From Octopus vulgaris (taxonomy: Eukaryota), in contig OX597814.1 of NCBI GenBank assembly GCA_951406725.2, positions 172,360,001 to 172,424,000 of the forward strand: a DNA stretch of 64,000 nt. Direction: 5' to 3'. Positions 38,636 to 52,485 of this stretch are shown here, piece after piece. The notes under the pieces are model-generated. The model was not told the DNA's origin and did not search any database. It saw only the letters and a program-made list of their open reading frames with translations. Positions within the stretch are counted from its first letter, which is position 1. Each line of letters opens with the position of its first letter. A program made the translations under genes and the position numbers.

Positions 38636-39758
38636 GTATCACGTATTCGGCTTCGAGCACAGAACAACGTGGTTACGAGACAAGTTTCTTAACCACATAC
38701 CACTAACAACTCTGAAGATCCATGTCACTTGTATCACCTCTTCAGGTTTATATTCGAATTCAGCGATCACGGTGACTGATAAAAAATATATAATTTCCTC
38801 ATTCAAAACGATAGTATTTGACTAATTACAATTAGTCCAAACTTTCTGTTCTACGGTAAGTTTTGTCCATCGCAAATCCTCAGTTTATCCTAATGCCTTC
38901 AATTTTGTTTCGTTGCAGTACTATACGTAATGTTTGCTCGTGTATATGTGTAACTATCAACATGTTAATTATCCATCGTTGTTGACAAGCCATCAAGGGA
39001 ATCTCTGCGTGATGCATCCAGTATATAGGAATTAACAGTCAAACCGCCTTGATCACATGTTACTGACTTTAAAGAACGACATATTGGATAATTGAGCCCT
39101 AGAAACAATACACCCGAGAAAAAAATAGTGTGTGTGTGTGTGTGGTGGGGGCAGTCAGTATAATCAAACAATAACTATCCTTTATATATTTGTTTTTCTT
39201 TGATCATAGGCCTGCGGGATTTTTCGTTCAGAGTTGGACTGGGCAACAACAGCAGCAGCAATAATATTTGTAGCAACTACCGTAGCAGCATTCATTGTTG
39301 ACGGATAAGGCTTAGCGAACTTTTCAACACATTTGGTCATGGCATATAATTGAAATGGCATAAATTAATAGGATTCGGCTTCATTGCTGGTTGGTAGATT
39401 TCCTGCAAGAAAATGGGTGACTAAAACAGGATGACCGCCGATAGTGTACCAATTAGGGTGACACATCCACTCTCAGGTTAAGCAGTCATATCAAGTGAGT
39501 CCAGTATTACCCAGTCCTACTTTAATCAATCAGTTACACTGGTAAATATAATCAAAAGCATTGCAACGGTGACCATTCTGTATTTTCCTATGTACAGGCA
39601 ACCCAGAGTCACATAATGCATCATGTCCATTTCCATGGCTGCTACTTCTTGCAGGTCGAGTGACCACATAGAGGCAGTTGAAAATTTTTACTCTTTGATA
39701 TATTTTCAATCATTGAATTTTACATCCATGACTGGATACCGACTTGAAGGGTCTGGCC

Positions 39759-40086
39759 CAGGCCTGGCCAACTCGAAATACATTGCCGGCCATTATAATC
39801 ACAGAAAGTTTTTTGAGGGCCGCTTGTATACTTTATGCATTAATGGTCAAATAAGCAAATTATAGAACCAGAATTTTTCATACTTTTCGTTTGTTTAAAA
39901 TTATAAAATTGTAGGCCTTTGCTTTATTGCCCCATTATTGGCACTTTTCATTACAATCTTTAAGTTTTGATAAACATTTTAAAATGTTTGTTAAAATAAA
40001 CCCATTTCAAGAAAGTGTGAAGCGGGCTGCAAAATAAAAATCTGCGGGCTGCATCCGGCCCGCGGACCTCAGGTTGGCCAGCCCTG
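39759..40086. mobile_element. hAT-type MITE nested in an old SINE-A relic
   Basis: TIRs caggcctggccaac / gttggccagccctg, subterminal gcgggc motifs, and diverged 8-bp flanks gtctggcc / gtttagtc. Confidence 0.8.
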
Positions 40087-40684
40087 GTTTAGTCAAACAA
40101 ACTACCCCAAGTACTTATTTTTTAAATTTGGTACTTATTCTATCGTCTCTTTTGCTGAATCGTGGGGGAAACGGGATGCAAACAACCCACATGAGAAGTG
40201 ATAGTGGCGACAAATACTCACATGCACACACACACACACACATACACACTTTCACTCGCGCACACACACACATATATGTATGATAGAAAAGGGAATAAAT
40301 GACGTTGTAAATCACTACGGTTGTTTCGGCCCATTTTACACTCGTAGTACATTGATGAGATGTTATGTAATCATTACCATCCATGCAAGATGCAAAATCC
40401 GTCTCCTCGGCTGATTATTTAAATAAGTCATTCGTAAGATCTTACAGTCATTTCAGACTGTGTGAGAATGCTCACCTAAAACAACGTGTTATTTTCTGCA
40501 GTTTACTGGCAAAATTAAACCTATATATTTAGTGATAGACAAATACAATTATAATCAAAATACAAAATACAGAAGCAAAGAAACAGACCTGTGTTACTCA
40601 GTCCAACTCTAACCAATCAGCTTGGCTATAAATGATGTGGTATAACAAGTTTATAGAAACAGGTTGACAATATATTACAACTCT

Positions 40685-41178
40685 CATCATCATTCATCAT
40701 TGTTCGACCGTGGTCGAGACAATGGAATTTACCATGCTACGCCAGACTTCACGGTCCATCATGGCATTACGGAGGTCCTGTTGCTGGATGCCTGTATCCC
40801 TGGAGATTACATCAGGGTAGGAGAGAGTGCGCCCTCTGGTATTGCGAGTAGATGGCTTCCAGAGGAGAAGAGTAGAAATTACTTCTTTTTCAGTTCTACA
40901 ACAATGTCCAGCAAACTGGACTCTCCTACCTTTAACAAGAGATGACACAGGTGGTAGCTTCCCATATATTTGCATTTTGGTTGGATGGCGCTTCTACGAG
41001 AGATTTTGAGCTCTCATAAGGAGGCGAGTGTAGGTTCCATCCAACCGCCTCTCAAGCTTCTTTGATTAACGTCCATGTTTCTGAGCCATATAGTAGAATT
41101 GGTTCGACTGTGGCTTTGAATATTTCAAGTTTGAAGTCTCTACTTAGATTTGATGACCAGATTTTATGCATGTCATTA
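40685..41178 (-). mobile_element. RTE/RTEX-like LINE 3' fragment
   Basis: Minus strand: MHKIWSS...FKATVEPILLYGSETWTL, then RRVQFAGHCCR...AMMDREVWRSMV*, with a (TGA)n-like tail. Confidence 0.9.
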
Positions 41179-41422
41179 GAACTCTGTCTTCTTGGTCAGA
41201 TTCTGAGGAAGAAAATGCAAAACAGAATGAAGGATAAAATTAAGCGTTTAGAGACAATAAAACGATAAAGTAATGAAGATTGATCATTTCTGTATTTACT
41301 TTTCATCTCTTATCTTTCACACTTGCCCAAGGTGCCGCCACGCAATGGGACTGAACTCGGAACCACGTGGTTGGGAAGCAAGCTTCTTACCACCCAGCCA
41401 CGCCTGCACCTATAACACTTAT

Positions 41423-41893
41423 TTCTTTACTGCCCACAAGGGGCTACACGCAGAGAGGACGAACAAGGACAGACAAACGGATTAAGTCGATTACATCGAC
41501 CCCAGTACATAACTGGTACTTATTTAATCGACTCCGAAAGGATGAAAGGCAAAGTCGACCTCGGCGGAATTTGAACTCAGAACGTAACGGCAGACGAAAT
41601 ACCGCAAAGCATTTCACCCGGCGTGCTAACGTTTCTGCCAGTTCGCCGCCTTCGACATTCGAAATACCTATTTCTTTACTACTCACAAGGGGCTAAACAC
41701 AGAGGGGATAAACAAGGACAGACAAACAGATTAAGTCGATTATATCGACCCCAGTGCGTAACTGGTACTTAATTTATCGACTCCGAATGGATGAAAGGCA
41801 AAGTCGACCTCGGCGGAATTTGAACTCAGAACGTAACGGCAGACGAAATACTGCAAAGCATTTCACCCGGCGAGCTAACGTTTCTGCCAGCTT
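41423..41893 (-). mobile_element. Tandem pair of SINE-B copies within one 21-bp direct repeat
   Basis: gcctgcacctata(a/g)cacttat at 41402-41422 and 41894-41914. A SINE-A head fragment lies at 41320-41412. Confidence 0.9.
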
Positions 41894-42682
41894 GCCTGCA
41901 CCTATAGCACTTATCACCTGTTGCCTTGTTTCTTTGAAGGATCTCTAAAGTTTTAGTAAATGAACGTTGATCAGAAGTTAACCTGGTAATAAATGATGTG
42001 GTATAATAAGTTTGTAGCAAATGTATGGAATGTATGGCGATACTTTTATTACACACTTGTTCTATCTTCCATTTTTAACGTACTGTAATTTTTGACATCA
42101 CGGATATACCTATATTAGTTTAAAAGGCAAACTATTAAGACAGTTTGACAGGTGGGCCAACCGTTGGAGTGTATTGGGTTAGATTTTTAACACTTTACAA
42201 CTGCTACACAACAATATTTGTGGAAATAAAGTTTTCAATCGATAAAGGAAACCTTTGATATCAAAATTGATTTCTGGCACGAATCATTATCTTTGCGGCC
42301 TTTGCAGTATTGTAATCATATGTCCCTTCATGGCAAAAGAAAATATAATGAATGAATAAATGAACAGTGACCAAAAATTGAAAAGAAAGAGACTTGTGGA
42401 AAGTCGGGTAGAACGGTGGGAGGGGGGGCACTAAAAGAGAGAGAGTGAGACACAGAAAGAGAAAAACCAGAAAGATAAGGGCAGTGAAAGACAGGGAAAG
42501 AAAGACGGATAGGGAAGGCGAGGAGAGAGAAAGACAGAGAGAAAAAGAGAAAAAGGTGGAACGATGCAAAAGTGTTTCAGGTTCAGTTGAAAAGTGTATT
42601 TGACATATATAACTAATCAAATTCCAATCATAGTTATTTTCTTGATTGGCAAATATCTCACGGCGTTCAAGTGGAGCCAGTA

Positions 42683-42696
42683 ACAGTAGCAGCAAC

Positions 42697-42765
<69 letters not shown>

Positions 42766-42766
42766 G

Positions 42767-42825
<59 letters not shown>

Positions 42826-42832
42826 GGTGGTG

Positions 42833-42872
<40 letters not shown>

Positions 42873-42880
42873 CAGCTGTG

Positions 42881-42936
<56 letters not shown>

Positions 42937-42985
42937 TGTGGTAGTAGTAGTAGTAGTAGTAGTAGTAGCAGCAACAGCAGCAGCT
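42683..42985. repeat. (AGT)n/(GGT)n microsatellite
   Basis: Directly visible. Confidence 0.95.
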
Positions 42986-44147
42986 AACGCGTGAGATCTT
43001 GAAGCACAAACACGGATAAATTTCTGGACGTCAATTTTTCTCTTCCTGAAAAACCCCGAACCCCCAACCCCAACTGCAACGTCACCTCACCTGTCTTCCC
43101 CTTCCCCTACACACACGATGCCACACCTCACAGTTTGCTCCCCGCCCACCACTTCTCACTTCTTCTCTCTCTCTCTCTCTCTCTTTACACACACACACAT
43201 ACACACGCATATACACACACTACCGAGAAGGATTTATATATTGTGTAAAGAACATTAAGAATATAGAAGTGTTATTAGTCGGTTTGGTGAAGGGGGGTCG
43301 TGGGTGGAGTGGCGGGAGTGTGTGTGTGTGTGGGGGGGAGGCGAAACGGCTTGGTGCGAGTTAGAGCGGGAGTTCGTTTCTTGACGTTGGTCTCGTAAAA
43401 AGTTCTGAGAACGTTCGTTCTTTACATGTCAATCTGTTTCAGTGTCAAAGGCGTGAAGAAGTTTCGCCTAATACTAAAACAACCTGCTTACCAACCTTTT
43501 CGCTTGTCAGCTTCAGTGAATGTCAAATGAGCTTCAAAACACACACGTACAATCAAAACCCCGAACCACCACTCCTCGGTTCGCCACTAACGCACTAACG
43601 TATACACAAATACACACTCGCTCACGTACTATATATATATATATATATATATTATGGCTTGCACAAGCAAATATACGAAACTGCAGACTTACGCATGAAT
43701 ACAGACACACACGTAGACATTTGAACGTACATATAGACAGGCTGCTGTACAATAGCTTGCGCAAGCAAACATAGTAAACTGCTGATGTATTCGTATACTA
43801 ACAAGCGATCACATACATACACATTTTGGCATGCATGTAGACACACACTGACACAAAATAGCACACACAAGCATGCATACGAAAACAAGATACACGCATA
43901 CACATTCAGACATATTTAAATACAATGGATGTTTCAAAAATCTTAGATATTGAAACTACGTATTCATACGCACACAATAGCTTGTATAAAATAGCTCGCA
44001 CAAGAACAGATATGGATTTACACCCGGGTACCCTCAAAAATAGATGCATAAAGATGCATTCACAAGAAGAAAAAAATACTTATGCATGCCCACACAAATA
44101 TTGAAAAACTTCTTCATATGAACAACTGCATATACATGTATGTATAT

Positions 44148-44190
<43 letters not shown>

Positions 44191-44194
44191 CTCA

Positions 44195-44588
44195 CTTTTA
44201 CTCTTTTACTTGTTTCAGTCAATTGACTGCGGCCATACTGGAGTACCGCCTTTAGTCGAGCAAATCGACCGCAGGACTTATTCTTTGTAAGCCTAGTACT
44301 TATTCTATCGGTCTCTTTTGCCGAACCGTTTAGTTACAGGGACGCAAACACACCAGCATCGGTTCTCAAGTGATGTCGGGGGTACAGACACACACATACA
44401 TATATACATATATACGACGGGCTTCTTTCAGTTTCCGTCTACCAAATCCACTCACAAGGCTTTGGTCGGCCCGAGGCTATAGTAGAAGACACTTGCCCAA
44501 GGTGCCACGCAGTGGGGCTGAACCAGGAACCATGTGGTTGGTAAGCAAACTTCTTACCACATAAGCTACTTACCACACAGCTACTCCA
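44195..44588 (-). mobile_element. SINE family A
   Basis: Reverse complement of the family sequence. Confidence 0.92.
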
Positions 44589-45420
44589 TTGTAAATAAAA
44601 CTTTAAGCTAAACTATGTATTCTTCAAACTCAAATGAGTAAGAAAATTTTGCCGCTGAGAAAAAAATTATTTAAAATATAATTTCGTGAACGAAATTCTT
44701 GATGGGGAGTGTTAAAAAATACAAGCGGTTAATGGAACAAATATCAAGAAATAAGATACACGTAGGAAATTCACATATTTGCATGCGTGATTACATGCAA
44801 GCCAATGAATGGACGTCTACGTAAGTGCACGACATGCAAGAAACAGGTACCAAAGCTTCATGAAATGATGCCATATTGTCTTAAATAACGAAATGACAGG
44901 GAAGGGTCTCTGATATGCAACTATGCAAAATTTTGTTTTTTATGCTAGGCTGAAGCGCCGAGTCGAGTTTTTATGACAGGTCAGAATACAACGAAGGAAT
45001 ATCCATCTCTAAGAGATCTTGTAGGTATTTCCTTTAGAGTGAACAGTATCCAATCGTCTTTAATTTGACATCAAGTTAAAGTATGTGGGAAGATATCACA
45101 CATAGCTAAAAATACTGATTAACAGAAAGTTAGGTGAGACATTTCAATTCCCAAGAAATCCTCGGGACGTAAAATATATGATACCAACAAACAGAATAGT
45201 TATATTGCAATAACACTCCTTTACGCTGGTTGTCATTGCTTAGACATGTCTCCACCTTATAGAGTTGACGAAATGCCTTCTCACTTGACTTTTTCTCTGA
45301 GACTACATTTCTACCATGTCCTATCAAAAGTAGTCAACATCTATGAGTTTTCATATAGCAGATTCATGAGTGAAAGATACTTCTGGATACTCGAGAAGTT
45401 CTGTGAGAAACCGTTTCTAA

Positions 45421-45630
45421 GTGGAGGTGTGTGGCTTAGTGGTTAGGATGTTAGATTCATGATCGTAAGATTGTGGTTTCGATTCCTGAACCGGGCGACG
45501 GGTTGCTTCAATTTGCTCAGCTGGCAAAAATGAGTAATCCTGCAACAGACCGTCCAGGTGGGGATTATATACATCATGGAAACCGGGAAACCGGGCCCAT
45601 GAGTTTACAAGACTCGGAAAGGTAATTTAG
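45421..45630 (+). mobile_element. tRNA-derived SINE, D-like head with a different body
   Basis: A box tggcttagtgg, B box ggtttcgattcc, and body ctcagctggcaaaaatgagta...ggaaaccgggaaaccgggccc. Confidence 0.65.
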
Positions 45631-45642
45631 TCTACTTTTAAT

Positions 45643-45985
45643 AACCGTCTCCCTACATATCACAAGATACTGTGATAGCCTGGGCTTCCGAGGCCCACAG
45701 CTCTTCAATATCCTCCCGAAGAACCTAAGAGACCTGCATGGGGTGGATGCAGATGTCTTTAAAATAAAACTGGATCTCTTCTTGTCAGGTGTCCCAGATG
45801 AACCAACTTCACGGCAGGAGGTGCAGATGAGGGCAGCTGCATCGAACTCTCTCATGCACCAAATGGCAATTGCTAAAAAGCATTCGTGAAGTAAAATCAT
45901 GTAGCAACACCAAATGGCGGTGCCCCAGCATGGCCACAGCTTGTGAACTGAAACTAGATAAATAAAAAAATAAATAAATAAATAT
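45643..45985 (+). mobile_element. CR1/L2-group LINE 3' end (ORF2 C-terminus and 3' UTR)
   Basis: Frame 45665-45889: RYCDSLGFRGPQLFNILPKNLRDLHGVDADVFKIKLDLFLSGVPDEP...* (FNxLP / FKxxLD motif). The UTR ends in (AAAT)n. Confidence 0.85.
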
Positions 45986-46499
45986 TATTTTGTAGGAGTT
46001 TTTGTTTTTTGTATTATTTAGCACTGATCAAACAGATCTTCTTTCTAGCCATCTTAGTTTCAGACACTTTATGCAAGTCTACATTATCAATTGTATCTTT
46101 CCTTTTTAAAATTAATAAAGCTTGCTTTAATGGACATTGGGTTGCTATTAATAGCATATGAAGAAACAATGTTCTAGATATTTCGATGGTTGTGATTTCT
46201 ATTGTTGTTTAGATCCAAATCAAGGCCTAACACAGCAAAACCATGATCAAATGCATGTTCTGAAAATGCGCACATATTCAATCATCCTACATTTTCCAAG
46301 ACAAATTGATAACTTATGTATTCAATTCATTTGTTTCTTTTGGGGCCTTTGTCAATGGACGTGGTTATGCTGGAACATCTAAAATATAGTACTGAAACAT
46401 TACTTATGTTATCATCTATATATATATATGTATATATATATGATATATTTATGTGTGTGTGTATACATATATATATATATGTATATGTGTGTGCGTGTG

Positions 46500-46890
46500 T
46501 GACTGTGTGGTAAGTAGCTTACTTACCAACCACATGGTTCCAGGTTCAGTCCCACTGCGTGGCACATTGGGCAAGTGTCTTCTACTATAGGCTCGGGCCA
46601 ACCAAAGCCTTGTGAGTGGATTTGGTAGACAGAAACTGAAAGAAGCCTGTCGTATATATGTATCTATATATGTATGTGTGTATATGTTTGTGTGTCTATC
46701 TTTGTCCCCCCACCCCAACATCACTTGACAACCGATGCTGGTGTGTTTACGTCCCCGCAACTTAGCGGTTAGGCAAAAGAGACCGATAGAATAAGTACTA
46801 GGCTTACAAAGAATAAGTCATGGGGTCGATTTGCTCGACTGAAGGCGGTGCTCCAGCATGGCCGCAGTCAAATGAATGAAACACATAAAG
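46500..46890 (+). mobile_element. SINE family A
   Basis: Matches the family sequence. Confidence 0.92.
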
Positions 46891-46986
46891 AATATATATA
46901 TATATATATATATATTCTTTCGTGTTTTTCGTGTTCCTCGGGTCTAGCGAAATATAACATTGATGCCTTTTCGTGAGTAGTGTGTG

Positions 46987-47017
<31 letters not shown>

Positions 47018-47033
47018 TGTGTTTGTGTGTGTG

Positions 47034-47087
<54 letters not shown>

Positions 47088-47604
47088 TGTGTGTTTTCTG
47101 TGTATGTGTGTGGGTATGTGTGTTTGTGTATATGTGTGTAATTCAACAATACTTCTAGGATTTCGATCGAAACTTTCATGTTTCTTATCTTCACTTTTAT
47201 AGTCCCCCGACCCCACACGGACTCTTTTAAACAAACATCGTCTCAAATATCCTTTCTCAGTTCCGACAAAATCTTGAGTCTCCCATGAAACATTGGCTGG
47301 GCTACCATATATATATATTTATTTATTCATTTATTTATTTATTTATTTATTTATTTATTGCACCATAACTTGCAAAGGCAATAATATCACTCCTCCGCAG
47401 ACTCATCAAAGATCTAACTTAATTATCAGGAAATTATTCATAACACAAGACTAAATCTGAATTCTATCTAAATCCATCAAATTCTGTCGATTTATAAGAA
47501 AAACCGGTAAGGACCAACTAGCGTCTTTCTGACTAGAACTTCTACTCTGAAATATGAGGTCTATGTTTGGGGAATAGATTTTAGAAAGAAAAAAAAAAAA
47601 AAAG

Positions 47605-47642
<38 letters not shown>

Positions 47643-48014
47643 CCACCGTCTTGCAAATTTCTGTTTATATTGTTGCATACACTAAATGGTAAATTTACGA
47701 TGCAAAACACCAATTCGCATTTTGCAATGTAACAGCAATAACAATGAAAAAAAATTAATAAGAAAAGTTGGAAAAGAAACAGAAAAGACATACAAAAAGA
47801 AAAAAAATATTTGGTAAAACGATGAAAACATGTCTTTTTAGATGGATAAAAGTGATATAAAACTATATATATGGGGGTTAACCCTATTATTGTGTAGAAA
47901 GAAATCTAATCATACATTGATCAATGTACGAACAGATATGAAAAATCACATGGCTATATGCTTCCGGTACAAACGTATAAAACAACACATACACGCAGAC
48001 ACACGCACACACAA

Positions 48015-48070
<56 letters not shown>

Positions 48071-48157
48071 GTTCGTATATTTGAAAATAGATACACATAC
48101 GTACACAATGTACTTATAAGCATAAACATATACTAAACGCACTGATACGTGTTGGTA

Positions 48158-48278
<121 letters not shown>

Positions 48279-49101
48279 ACATGTATGTATATGTATATAT
48301 ATATAAATGGATGTAGATGTATATTAAATACTCGAACATGTTTATATATATATGTATATATATATATAGATAGATAGATAGATAGATAGATAACTATGTT
48401 ACGTGTGTGTGTGTACGTATATATGTACGTAATTTTCACAGGCTTTTGTACATGCTTCTATATGTTTTAAGTGTAACTCTTTACGTATTTATGTGTGTGT
48501 TTACGTGTGCGTGTTGTGTAAGAGTACTTCTGTGTGTATGTGTGTGTGTGCATATGTGCGTGTGTGTGTGTGTGTGCGTGCCTGTGTGTGCGTTTACCCG
48601 TATAAAAAAATAACAAAAATGAGAATTAACAAGAACGAAAAGGACATAGATAAAGAGTAAGAAAACGAAATGAAGCCGAGAAGGCATTGTGTGGATTACA
48701 TTTACCTTTCCTTCGCTATGTTTATTTCCGCCATTTTTTTTGCACGTCGCAGTGTAAATTTAGTAACAAAGGCGGCAAGCGTCTTTGAGGAAGGAATTAT
48801 CTACTCTGTGATTAATCGTTTGTCTTACCAAATATCCAATATCTACATCGAAATCCTTCTTTAAATCATCATCATCATCATCATTGTTGTTGTCGCCATC
48901 ATCATCATCTTCATCGTCGTCGTCGTCGTCGTCGTCCTCACCGGCGCCACCGCCGCCGCCATTGTTGCTGTCATCGTCATAACCATCGTTCTTATTAGCA
49001 GTTGCTTCGTTATTACCTTCTTATTCCTTCCCCCTCCTTCTATTCCTCCTCCTCTTCCTATATACCACCACTGTTGCTGGTGTTGGTGGTGGTGCTGCTA
49101 T

Positions 49102-49135
<34 letters not shown>

Positions 49136-49164
49136 AGAACAACAGCAACAACAATAATAATAAT

Positions 49165-49248
49165 AATGGTTTCAAATTTTGCCACAAGGGCAGCAATTTT
49201 GAAGGAGGGGATGAGTCGATTACTACTACTATTGCTGCAGCTGCTGCT

Positions 49249-49287
<39 letters not shown>

Positions 49288-49575
49288 ACAATAATAATAA
49301 TAATAATGGTTTCAAATTTTGCCACAAGGGCAGCAATTTTGTGTTCAACTGGTACTTATTTTATCGACCCGGAACGGATAAAAGGCAAAGTCGACCTCAG
49401 TGGAATTTGAACACAGAACGTAGCGGCAGACGAAATACCTCTAACTATTTCGTTTAGCCTGCTAAAGATTCTACCACCTCTTCGCCTTAAAATAATAACA
49501 GAGATTTCCAATTTTGGAACAAGGTCAGCAATTTTGAGGGTTTGGTTCAAATCGATAACATCGATCCCGGTATTT
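49165..49575 (-). mobile_element. Cluster of SINE-B2 pieces (three tails, one head and core)
   Basis: ggtttcaaattttgccacaagggcagcaatttt at ~49168 and ~49308, core at 49345-49490, and a further tail at ~49503-49575. Confidence 0.75.
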
Positions 49576-49728
49576 TACTGAGACATTATTTAATCTGTAT
49601 GGTCAGTGCACTTTGGCCAATTGAATGGGTGGGAAAAATTGAATGATATACAGAATTAATGCTACTTTCGTCGGAGTCATTTCTGGTTTATGTGTATGTG
49701 TGTGTGTATACCTAAATAAATAAACAAA

Positions 49729-49782
<54 letters not shown>

Positions 49783-49805
49783 TATATATGTATTGTGCAT
49801 ATATG

Positions 49806-49853
<48 letters not shown>

Positions 49854-49923
49854 TGTATGTATTGTGCGTGTAGATCGCTAGCCACTACACATTCTTTTCT
49901 CTCCCTGTTTCTTTCTGCGTTCC

Positions 49924-49957
49924 TTTCTGTGGATGAGCGTAGGCTCGAAACGTTAAA
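49924..49957 (+). ncRNA. Variant minimal hammerhead-like motif (core CUGUGGA) in a Penelope-like fragment at about 49870-50057
   Basis: ttt-CTGTGGA-t-gagc-gtag-gctc-GAAA-cgt-TA-aag. Confidence 0.5.
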
Positions 49958-50065
49958 GACTTTTTCACTTCCCGAGCGTTAAACTTACACATCTGTTTGT
50001 TGTCTACACCACCTGTCTTCGTCTTTTGTTTTTTTTTGTGAATTCTCTCCCTATATATGCTTGTT

Positions 50066-50117
<52 letters not shown>

Positions 50118-50177
50118 CACACATACATAAACACACATACATATACATGCACACATACATACATAGATAGATAGATC

Positions 50178-50256
<79 letters not shown>

Positions 50257-51907
50257 TCTGATGTAACACATCCATGATAAAATATATTCCAGGCATAACC
50301 ATCCATTGTTTTCCCCGAGTGCACAAAATCCACGAGTTTATCATTTAAAGTGTCGTTTTGAAAAGAGTTGAGTGAATCTGAAGAAAATTTGGCTACTAGT
50401 TCTAGCTAGATACAACGACATAGAAATTCTCTTGTTAGTTTATATTTTACTCTAATAAGATCAATAAAACATCGAACAAAATTATTTAGATTTTTTTTGT
50501 GTCTCTTTCCCTTTTAATTTTATATACCGGTAACAAGCTCGCCTTTATCTTTCCAGGGTCGAGGATGATTAAAAAACAAACAGCTAAGTACTTGAGCAGA
50601 AATGAGTTCATCCTTCTCTCAAAATATATAACCTGTAGAATAATCATGTATTTTCAAGATTGTCAATTCATTTGTATAAGTTTTCTTTCTTGCTTTCTTT
50701 CTTCCTTTCTTTCTTTAATTTACAAAATCGTGCGACTCTGATCTTCAAATTCTATGAATGCGCCGCTGTATCCCTTATTCCATTTACAAACAATAGATTC
50801 CAGCTAAAATACTGAAGACTAATTTTTGACTTCGTGAGTTACTTTCTAAGACAAAATCTCAACTCCACCAATCGCATCTGATTTGGCTAACTACTGGAAA
50901 CAATGCATCAGATTTTCTTCTTTTCTCTTACAAGTATTTTAAGTCGAATAAATCCGCCATGTCTAATAATACTGAAATTTATAGGCATTTGCAGTTTTAC
51001 AGAGAGCATTCGAAATGTAGATGGAGTTTGTAAGATGTAAAGTATATTCTTTGAATGATGCCTTCATATCCTTTAGACTAATAAAATAATGTGAATATTT
51101 CACTGAACTGAACATCCTTAAACCAAGATGATGATTTTGATCAACATTCTGCGTTGCCATAGAAAAATAAAAGGATCAGAAAATATTCCCATAAATTTCC
51201 CAGAGATCACGTGCTGGGTGAGTGGGTTTTCAACAGGGTTAGTCTTTGATAGATTTTTCCATTGATGACTGCCTTTTCCAGTCAATGACACAAATATCAC
51301 AAAAGGTCACATCATGATGACCCATGTTCTTGGTTTTGCTCTTTTGAAGTTATTCAGACTGAAAAGAAAATAGTAGAAGCGAAAGGAAGATATTCATTCG
51401 ATATTATTGTTTGTCCGGAAGAGACATGGTGAATGAAATTCTATTGTAAATAACTACCGAATCTGTTCGCGTGGTTTTTCACAAGAAATGAAATATTATT
51501 ACAGTCCACGGTTTACGTTGGAGTTGCATTGCAGAATAACTTTAAAATAATCTGCAATGTTCATCTTCATTCTTGTGAAAAACGAAAATAAAAATCCTTT
51601 GTGTTAGTTGCTGGAGAATAAATCATAAAAGAATTGCCTCTTCGTGCGATTTGTTACAACGAAATCATATTTAATCTTAGTAGTAAGTTAGAGTATTAGA
51701 AATGGATGAATATCAAGACGTCAACTTAAAAAGCCTACCGGCTATATTTTAAGCGATTTTCATTCATATATTTCACAATCGATGCTGAGACTGAATGTGT
51801 TTCGATACAGCGCAGGAAAAGAGCTCTTAATTCTATAAGCTTCGACTGACTTAGTTGATAGAATATACGGCTGATCATTTGGAAATATAGTAACCTAAGC
51901 TCAAATT

Positions 51908-52026
<119 letters not shown>

Positions 52027-52173
52027 CCTAGTTACTTGTTTGTCTGTCTCTCTATCTATCTGTGTGTGTGTGTGTATGTTTGCGTGATATAGCTGAATAG
52101 GCGTCGCGCAAAGGTGCGATAATATTCCATGAAATGCACCTAAATTTTTTTTTGTTAAATAAGAAATTGTTAC

Positions 52174-52485
52174 AAAAACCGTTAGATTCACTTCAACATT
52201 TAAATTTAATTTGTCAAAATATTTTCGTCGCTTTGAGACCGCGACCTGTTCACTGACAAAACTTCGTACTGCATCTGTTTTTTATGCAGCACGAGGTTTT
52301 TTCAGTGAACAGGTCGTGGTCTCAAAGCGACGAAAATATTTTGACAAATTAAATTTAAATGTTGAAGTGAATTTAACAGTTTTTATGTATTTTTTAAATG
52401 GCTTATAAACACCTTCCATGCTGCAATTGTTTTCGTTCCAGCACACGATCTCAGATCAAGTCACTCGCTATGCAAGTACATCTCC
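52174..52485. mobile_element. Inverted pair of Penelope-like terminal repeats, each with a GUGAACA hammerhead (52210-52260 minus; 52298-52348 plus)
   Basis: Arms of ~100 bp at 52174-52274 and 52284-52384 are near-perfect reverse complements; same family as 12218-12363. Confidence 0.8.

Noticed and set aside
45246-45446. Weak resemblance of SRFMSERYFWIL to piggyBac transposase MSRxRF
   Set aside because: Too short and degenerate to support without a profile search.
48825-49020. Minus-strand acidic open frame ending at a gtaaga donor-like site
   Set aside because: Mostly (GAT/GAC)n microsatellite, with no convincing acceptor or homology.
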